Under the pieces are notes generated by a model that saw only the letters and a list, made by a program, of their open reading frames with translations, searched no databases and was not told where the DNA came from. The position numbers were made by a program, and so were the translations under genes. Below are positions 28,735-33,444 of a stretch of 33,444 bases of DNA, piece after piece; the first letter of the stretch is position 1, and every line of letters begins with the position of its first letter. Origin of the DNA: Patescibacteria group bacterium UBA2591. Its GTDB lineage: Bacteria > Patescibacteriota > Patescibacteriia > UBA2591. Location: contig DDKT01000081.1 of the NCBI GenBank assembly GCA_002339755.1, positions 1-33,444 of the forward strand, in the 5' to 3' direction.

Positions 28735-29829
28735 ATGTCTTCGAAATTTTTATTTATTACAATTTTTTTATTTTTCTTTCTTCCTTTTTCTAGTCAAGCA
28801 ATTACTGATTTAGAAATTACTCCTGAAGGAATTTGGTTTTCGATGGAAAAATTCTTTGTTGACGATAAGGTAAAAATTTATGCTGTGGTAGAAAACCGTG
28901 GAACAAAAGATATGGTTGGTTTTGTCGTTTTTTTTGAAAATGGAAATCAAATTGGTGAACCTCACTTTATTTCTGCTCGAGCAGGAGGCAAATCAGAAGA
29001 AGTTTGGGTAGAATGGATTCCTCAAAAAAAAGGAACTGCAAACATTCAAGCAAAAATCGTCAGCACCTATCCGCCAGATGAAAATACCAAAAATGATGAA
29101 ACTGATCTGCCTCCACGTTTTATTGATTTAGATACAGATAAAGACGGTATTGGCAATGAAGAGGATCCTGATGATGATAATGATACTCTACCTGATGAAT
29201 GGGAAGAAAAATATGGTCTAGATCCTCTTGATCCAAAAGATGCTAATAAAGATTATGATGGCGATGGAGTCTCTAATAGAGAAGAATATAAATTAGGAAC
29301 AAACCCTAGAAATTCGGATTCTGACGAAGACGGAATTTCTGACAAAGAGGATGAATATCCTTTGAATCCAAAAGAATCAAAAGATACTGATAAAGACAAG
29401 ATAGGAGACGAGGAAGACTCTGATGATGATAATGACGGCCTTTATGATTTTGAAGAAAAAAGATTAGGTACAGATCCTAAAAATAGAGATACTGATAAAG
29501 ATAGGGTAGGTGACAAAGAAGATGCCTTTCCTTTAGATTCCAAAAAATGGGAAAAACCAAAAAAAACTGAAAGGATAGAATTAGAACCAATAAAAAAGGA
29601 AATAATTAGAAAAGAAAAATTTTCAGAAACAGAAGAAATTTATGATGTCTCTTTTCCCAAGATAATCACTCCACCAATAAAAGAAAAACTAGAAGAAACT
29701 TCAGAACTTTCTACTATTCCTTCTTTAATCAAAAAAGAAGGTGATTCTTGGCGTTTTTTGATCTTCCCTCCTATTATACTCTTAAGCAGTATTTTGTCTT
29801 TCTATTTTATTAAAGAATTTTTTGGATAA
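28735..29829 (+). CDS. Secreted and C-terminally anchored protein: CARDB-like domain plus thrombospondin type-3 Ca-binding repeats
   Basis: It has a signal peptide (FLFITIFLFFFLPFSSQA). A CARDB-like beta domain is suggested by YAVVENRGTKD. Repeated DxDxDGxxDxxD motifs occur (DTDKDGIGNEEDPDDDND, DYDGDGVSNREE, DSDEDGISDKED, DTDKDKIGDEEDSDDDNDG, DTDKDRVGDKED). A C-terminal TM helix is present. Confidence 0.7.
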   Translation: MSSKFLFITIFLFFFLPFSSQAITDLEITPEGIWFSMEKFFVDDKVKIYAVVENRGTKDMVGFVVFFENGNQIGEPHFISARAGGKSEEVWVEWIPQKKGTANIQAKIVSTYPPDENTKNDETDLPPRFIDLDTDKDGIGNEEDPDDDNDTLPDEWEEKYGLDPLDPKDANKDYDGDGVSNREEYKLGTNPRNSDSDEDGISDKEDEYPLNPKESKDTDKDKIGDEEDSDDDNDGLYDFEEKRLGTDPKNRDTDKDRVGDKEDAFPLDSKKWEKPKKTERIELEPIKKEIIRKEKFSETEEIYDVSFPKIITPPIKEKLEETSELSTIPSLIKKEGDSWRFLIFPPIILLSSILSFYFIKEFFG

Positions 29830-29970
29830 TAGAGATGAGTGAAAATAAATTACTTTAATTGACTTTTCTTTTGACTTTGAATCAATTTTGAAAGATAGCT
29901 TTTGATCAATTTTAATTTCTTGTTTAATTTTAAAATAAGCATAAGACTTCTTGTAGAATAAAAATTAACT

Positions 29971-32607
29971 ATGGAAAAAGGAGCTGAATTTTATCGAAAA
30001 AAGGAGGAACACCGCAAAGAAATGCGGAAAATTTTACCGCCTGAATTACAATTGGAATTTCCCCAAAAAAGACCAGAAAAAGAAAAATGGTTATTTGAAA
30101 AAAACCTTTTAAAATTAAGAGAATCTCAAAAACCAGAAGATAGACTATTTGTTGAAATTTTAAGGATGAAAATTAAAGAAAGACTTAATAAAAAAATAAC
30201 CCAAAAAGAAAAAAAAGAGATAAATGAATTACAAAAAGAGACAAAAAAAAGCAAAGAAGTAATCGGTTTTGTTTTAGAAGTCAGAATTTTTATTCTCCAA
30301 GGATTGGATGATGAAGACCGGGATATCCGACGCTCAGCCCTTGAACAAATCCAATACTTGTCAGAAGAGGAAAGAAAAAATGCTATTCTCCAAGGATTGA
30401 GTGATAAAAGATGGAATGTCCGATGCTCAGCCCTTGAACAAATCCAATACTTGTCAAAAGAGGAAAGAAAAAATGCTATTCTCCAAGGATTGAGTGATGA
30501 AAACTGGATGATCCGATGCTCAACCTTTAAACAAATCCAATACTTGTCAGAAGAGGAAAGAAAAAATGCTATTCTCCAAGGATTGAGTGATAAAAGATGG
30601 AATGTCCGATGCTCAGCCCTTGAACAAATCCAATACTTGTCAGAAGAGGAAAGAAAAAATGTTATTTTCCAGGGATTGAGTGATGAAAACTGGATGATCC
30701 GATGCTCAGCCCTTGAACAAATTAGATATATTTTAGAAAGTATTGATTCCTCTCAAATCTCAGGGTCATTGAATAAAATTTTAAACCTGATTAAGAAAAT
30801 TAGCCCAGATCATCTTTTTTATTCACAAAAAATCATTTCTTCTCTCTTAAGAAAAGGCCAAGACCTAGGTCAATTCTCTTTAGAATATCTGCCTCAATTT
30901 GAAACAATAAAAAGCTATTCTCAAGAAATAAATCAAAAATTACCGCTTGAAAAGCAGACTGATAACACAGAGACATTCTGGCAAAAACATCAATTAGAAT
31001 TAGCCAAATTACACTCCCTAAGCTTAAACCTATCAACTTCTTGGTTAACTGGATATCTAAAGAATTTCGGTTTTCCTCGATTAGAAAGATTTTTAGAAAA
31101 TATAGTAAAACCATTTCGATCAGAAGTATTAAAAGAGCCTTTAGCCAAAATTAAAGAAATTGAACCAGAGCATTTCATTAGACTAATTGAAATTTCTTTT
31201 GCTTATCAAAGAATGAATTTAGAAGAAAAATTAGAGAAGATTCTTAAAGAAAAGACTAGCCAAGAGATAGAATCTAAAGAATTAATTAAAATTTTAGGCA
31301 GAAATCTCTTAAAAGAATTTGTCCAAAAATTGAAAATTGAAGCTAAGATTAAAGAAAATGCTTTTGATCGCTGGAATTTAGAATACTTACCCAAGTTGTT
31401 TACTGCTGAAGCTCAATATGAGTCAGAATCCAAAGAATTTTTAAAAGTGATAATGAAAACTTCTTTTCAGGAAGAATCGTTTTTACCTTCTCTTTTTGGT
31501 CAAGTTGAGGGTGAATATACTGAAGATGAAAAAGAATATCTAAAAGAAATTAAAGAATACAACCTAAAAGTTAAAAAAGAATTTGAAAAAAATGGTTTAG
31601 ATTTTGAAAACTGGCTTAATTACCGAGAAGAAAAAAAATTTAAAGTTGGCGCATCCCATGATCAGTTAAAAGCAAAAAGGAGACAATTTGAGAATGAATT
31701 AACTTCAGCAATCAAAGAATTACTTGGCTCTTGGCGAGAGAAAAAGGAAGGGATTTTATCTAAAGAGGAAACAAAATTAATTTTTGACAGAGTAATTAAA
31801 GCATACGGCATTCAATTTAAGGAAGAGGGTCTTATTCATCCCCAAAAAGGTAAATTCTCAATTAAAGATATTGGTATTATTCTAAATGATTTTTATTCAG
31901 AAATTGAAAAGATCTTTAATCAAGAAAGAGATAGAACCAAAAAAGAAAACATTGGTACAGCCCTTTCTCATCTCAAAGGCTTAATTGAAGAATTGCCTGA
32001 TTTAGAGAAAGAATTATTAAGAAAGGGCTTTGAGCTGGAAATCAGAATTTGGCAGAGAGAGCCGGGTTATGATATTTTTCAGGGCAATTACACTCGTTGT
32101 TGCGTAGCTGTGGAAAATTTCAATCGGGCAGCAATGCTTGATTATTTAGTTGACACTAATTTACAAGTAGTTGAAATCAGGGATAAAATAGAAGACAAAA
32201 CAATTGCCCAGGCCTGGCTATTTATAGCTGAAGACAGTCAAAATAATTTAAATTTGATTTTAGATAGTGTGGAAATTAACTCAGATTATTCAGGCCTGGA
32301 GCCTCAAATCAAAGAATCCCTTTTTGCTTATCTGAAGGAATATACTAAAGCTTTTAGCCAAGGGAAAATTAAAAGAATCTTACTTGGCGCTTCTTCATAT
32401 AATGATATTGAAACAGAAGACATGAATTCCGTCTCTTTGTCTCAAACTAAATTAGCTGGCTGTCCAAGAGAAACCCAATATTTAGATGCCTTTGGTTCAG
32501 CTTGGGTTGATCCTTCAAAAGAAACCTTAAAATCATTTTTTGTAGTAGCTGAGGATTTAGAAAAGCCGATAGAAAAATCAAAAGGGGGAAGGAAAGATGC
32601 CAATTAA
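29971..32607 (+). CDS. Hypothetical 878-aa protein: N-terminal HEAT (PBS-lyase-type) repeats plus a large uncharacterised C-terminal region
   Basis: Five 31-aa repeats ILQGLSD(K/E)(R/N)W(N/M)(V/I)RCSALEQIQYLSEEERKNA are present. The C-terminal ~200 aa contain WQREPGYDIFQGNYTRCCVAVENF, which I cannot assign to any family. Confidence 0.6.
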   Translation: MEKGAEFYRKKEEHRKEMRKILPPELQLEFPQKRPEKEKWLFEKNLLKLRESQKPEDRLFVEILRMKIKERLNKKITQKEKKEINELQKETKKSKEVIGFVLEVRIFILQGLDDEDRDIRRSALEQIQYLSEEERKNAILQGLSDKRWNVRCSALEQIQYLSKEERKNAILQGLSDENWMIRCSTFKQIQYLSEEERKNAILQGLSDKRWNVRCSALEQIQYLSEEERKNVIFQGLSDENWMIRCSALEQIRYILESIDSSQISGSLNKILNLIKKISPDHLFYSQKIISSLLRKGQDLGQFSLEYLPQFETIKSYSQEINQKLPLEKQTDNTETFWQKHQLELAKLHSLSLNLSTSWLTGYLKNFGFPRLERFLENIVKPFRSEVLKEPLAKIKEIEPEHFIRLIEISFAYQRMNLEEKLEKILKEKTSQEIESKELIKILGRNLLKEFVQKLKIEAKIKENAFDRWNLEYLPKLFTAEAQYESESKEFLKVIMKTSFQEESFLPSLFGQVEGEYTEDEKEYLKEIKEYNLKVKKEFEKNGLDFENWLNYREEKKFKVGASHDQLKAKRRQFENELTSAIKELLGSWREKKEGILSKEETKLIFDRVIKAYGIQFKEEGLIHPQKGKFSIKDIGIILNDFYSEIEKIFNQERDRTKKENIGTALSHLKGLIEELPDLEKELLRKGFELEIRIWQREPGYDIFQGNYTRCCVAVENFNRAAMLDYLVDTNLQVVEIRDKIEDKTIAQAWLFIAEDSQNNLNLILDSVEINSDYSGLEPQIKESLFAYLKEYTKAFSQGKIKRILLGASSYNDIETEDMNSVSLSQTKLAGCPRETQYLDAFGSAWVDPSKETLKSFFVVAEDLEKPIEKSKGGRKDAN
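30292..30725 (+). repeat. Coding tandem repeat (93-nt HEAT unit with 186-nt higher-order period)
   Basis: The unit starting at 30382 (gctattctccaaggattgagtgataaaagatggaatgtccgatgctcagcccttgaacaaatccaatacttgtca...) recurs at 30568, offset 186 nt, and appears identical or nearly identical over about 90 nt by eye. The two flavours alternate: KRWNVRCS and ENWMIRCS. Confidence 0.85.
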
Positions 32608-33111
32608 GGTTGAGGTGATTGCATAAAATTGACAAAAGGAGCCTTGAGATAATTGAGGAAATCGAAGAAGCCTGCTTTCCTGAACAGATGCAGTCAAATA
32701 TTGATGATCTGGGAAAAACTCTAGAAAGCAAAGGGGGGTTCAGATTATTTTGAAAATAAACAGACCGACGAAATCATTGGTTATTTATCCTCAAAATCCC
32801 AAGAAGATGCTTATCAAGAATTAAAAAATTGGGATAAAAATTTTAAACCAAAGGAAGAAACGCTTTACATTGAATCAATTGCCATTAAGCCAGAAGCAAA
32901 GGGACTTAAATCATTTTCTGAGTTGATTAAAGTTTTAAGAATCGAGGCGCAAAGAAGAGGAATCAAAAAATTTAGTTTTCATAGCCGGGTTCAAAGTGGA
33001 CTCAGTCATATTTTACAAAAAAGATATAAAGCAAAATTCTTACGAAGAATTGAAAATTGGCGTAATTTTGAAGAACCATTTGACTATTTGGAAATTGACT
33101 CAGAAGAATAA
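32597..33111 (+). pseudogene. GNAT-family N-acetyltransferase, reading frame broken at least twice
   Basis: It reads in three frames. MPIKVEVIA ends at TAA (32624). The next frame reads KIDKRSLEIIEEIEEACFPEQMQ...ESKGGFRLF and ends at TGA (32751). The third reads ENKQTDEIIGYLSS...LYIESIAIKPEAKG...RRGIKKFSFHSR...YLEIDSEE. Concatenated, these give a GNAT-like order. The breaks lie at A/T/G homopolymer runs. Confidence 0.55.
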
Positions 33112-33444
33112 TAAATGAATATCTTTTCTTTATTCTAATCTTAAAAAAAATCATAGATCTTTGAATTACGAAATGTAAATCTAATAAATAAATTTAGACA
33201 ATACAAAAACACCTTTGGATTAACCAAGTTTATTTATTAGTTAAGCAAATTGTAAAATTTACAAACATTAAGACAAAAACGTATTTGATTTATTGATTTA
33301 TTAATCTAAGAAATTTGATAAGTTAGTAAGCTGTAGATATAGTTAGCAAGATATCCGCTTACTGATCTTGGTAAACTGGTTACTAGACCATAAAACATTT
33401 TTAAACTTCTGAAACTTAATTCAATAAGTATTCTTGTGCCATAA

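Noticed and set aside
16835-30725. CRISPR array in the regularly spaced repeats at 16.8-17.7 kb and 30.3-30.7 kb
   Set aside because: Both are in-frame coding tandem repeats (41-aa LVIVD units and 31-aa HEAT units). They have no unique spacers and no cas genes.
33324-33362. Interrupted 12-bp hairpin (agtaagc..gatat / atatc..gcttact) near the window end
   Set aside because: It has no T-run, no adjacent gene within the window and no second copy. It cannot be interpreted without downstream sequence.

Overview
AT-rich (~30% GC) bacterial chromosomal segment. All 27 supported genes lie on the + strand and are tightly packed. Most native genes have no Shine-Dalgarno (SD) sequence. The overall look is that of a reduced-genome, CPR/Patescibacteria-like organism, which is an inference only. 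The housekeeping backbone runs as follows. First is a sulfur-mobilisation and tRNA-thiolation operon (Rrf2/IscR-like regulator, cysK, nifS, iscU, mnmA, thiI). Next come ligA, holB, an Asp-box lipoprotein, a Wzy-like/TPR membrane protein, rbfA, clpP, rny, a ymdB-like gene, hup and cca. An envelope-glycan group follows (GT4, an 806-aa polytopic protein, a Wzx-like flippase, a CARDB/TSP3 surface protein). The window ends with a HEAT-repeat protein and a broken GNAT gene. Four things stand out. (1) ligA is split into two ORFs by a ~960-bp insertion carrying an HD-superfamily gene and a truncated P-loop ATPase start. (2) Two GC-rich islands (1-1800 and 16061-18393) carry genes with strong SD sites: a MYG1-like gene, a small basic ORF and an LVIVD propeller. 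These genes are bracketed by copies of a ~90-nt iteron-containing module that recurs 16 kb apart. (3) Sequence matching the 3' end of the Rrf2 gene is duplicated upstream of island A. (4) A perfect palindrome matching the IscR type-1 operator sits between the Rrf2 promoter and its start codon. I found no rRNA, tRNA, CRISPR array, transposase or integrase.
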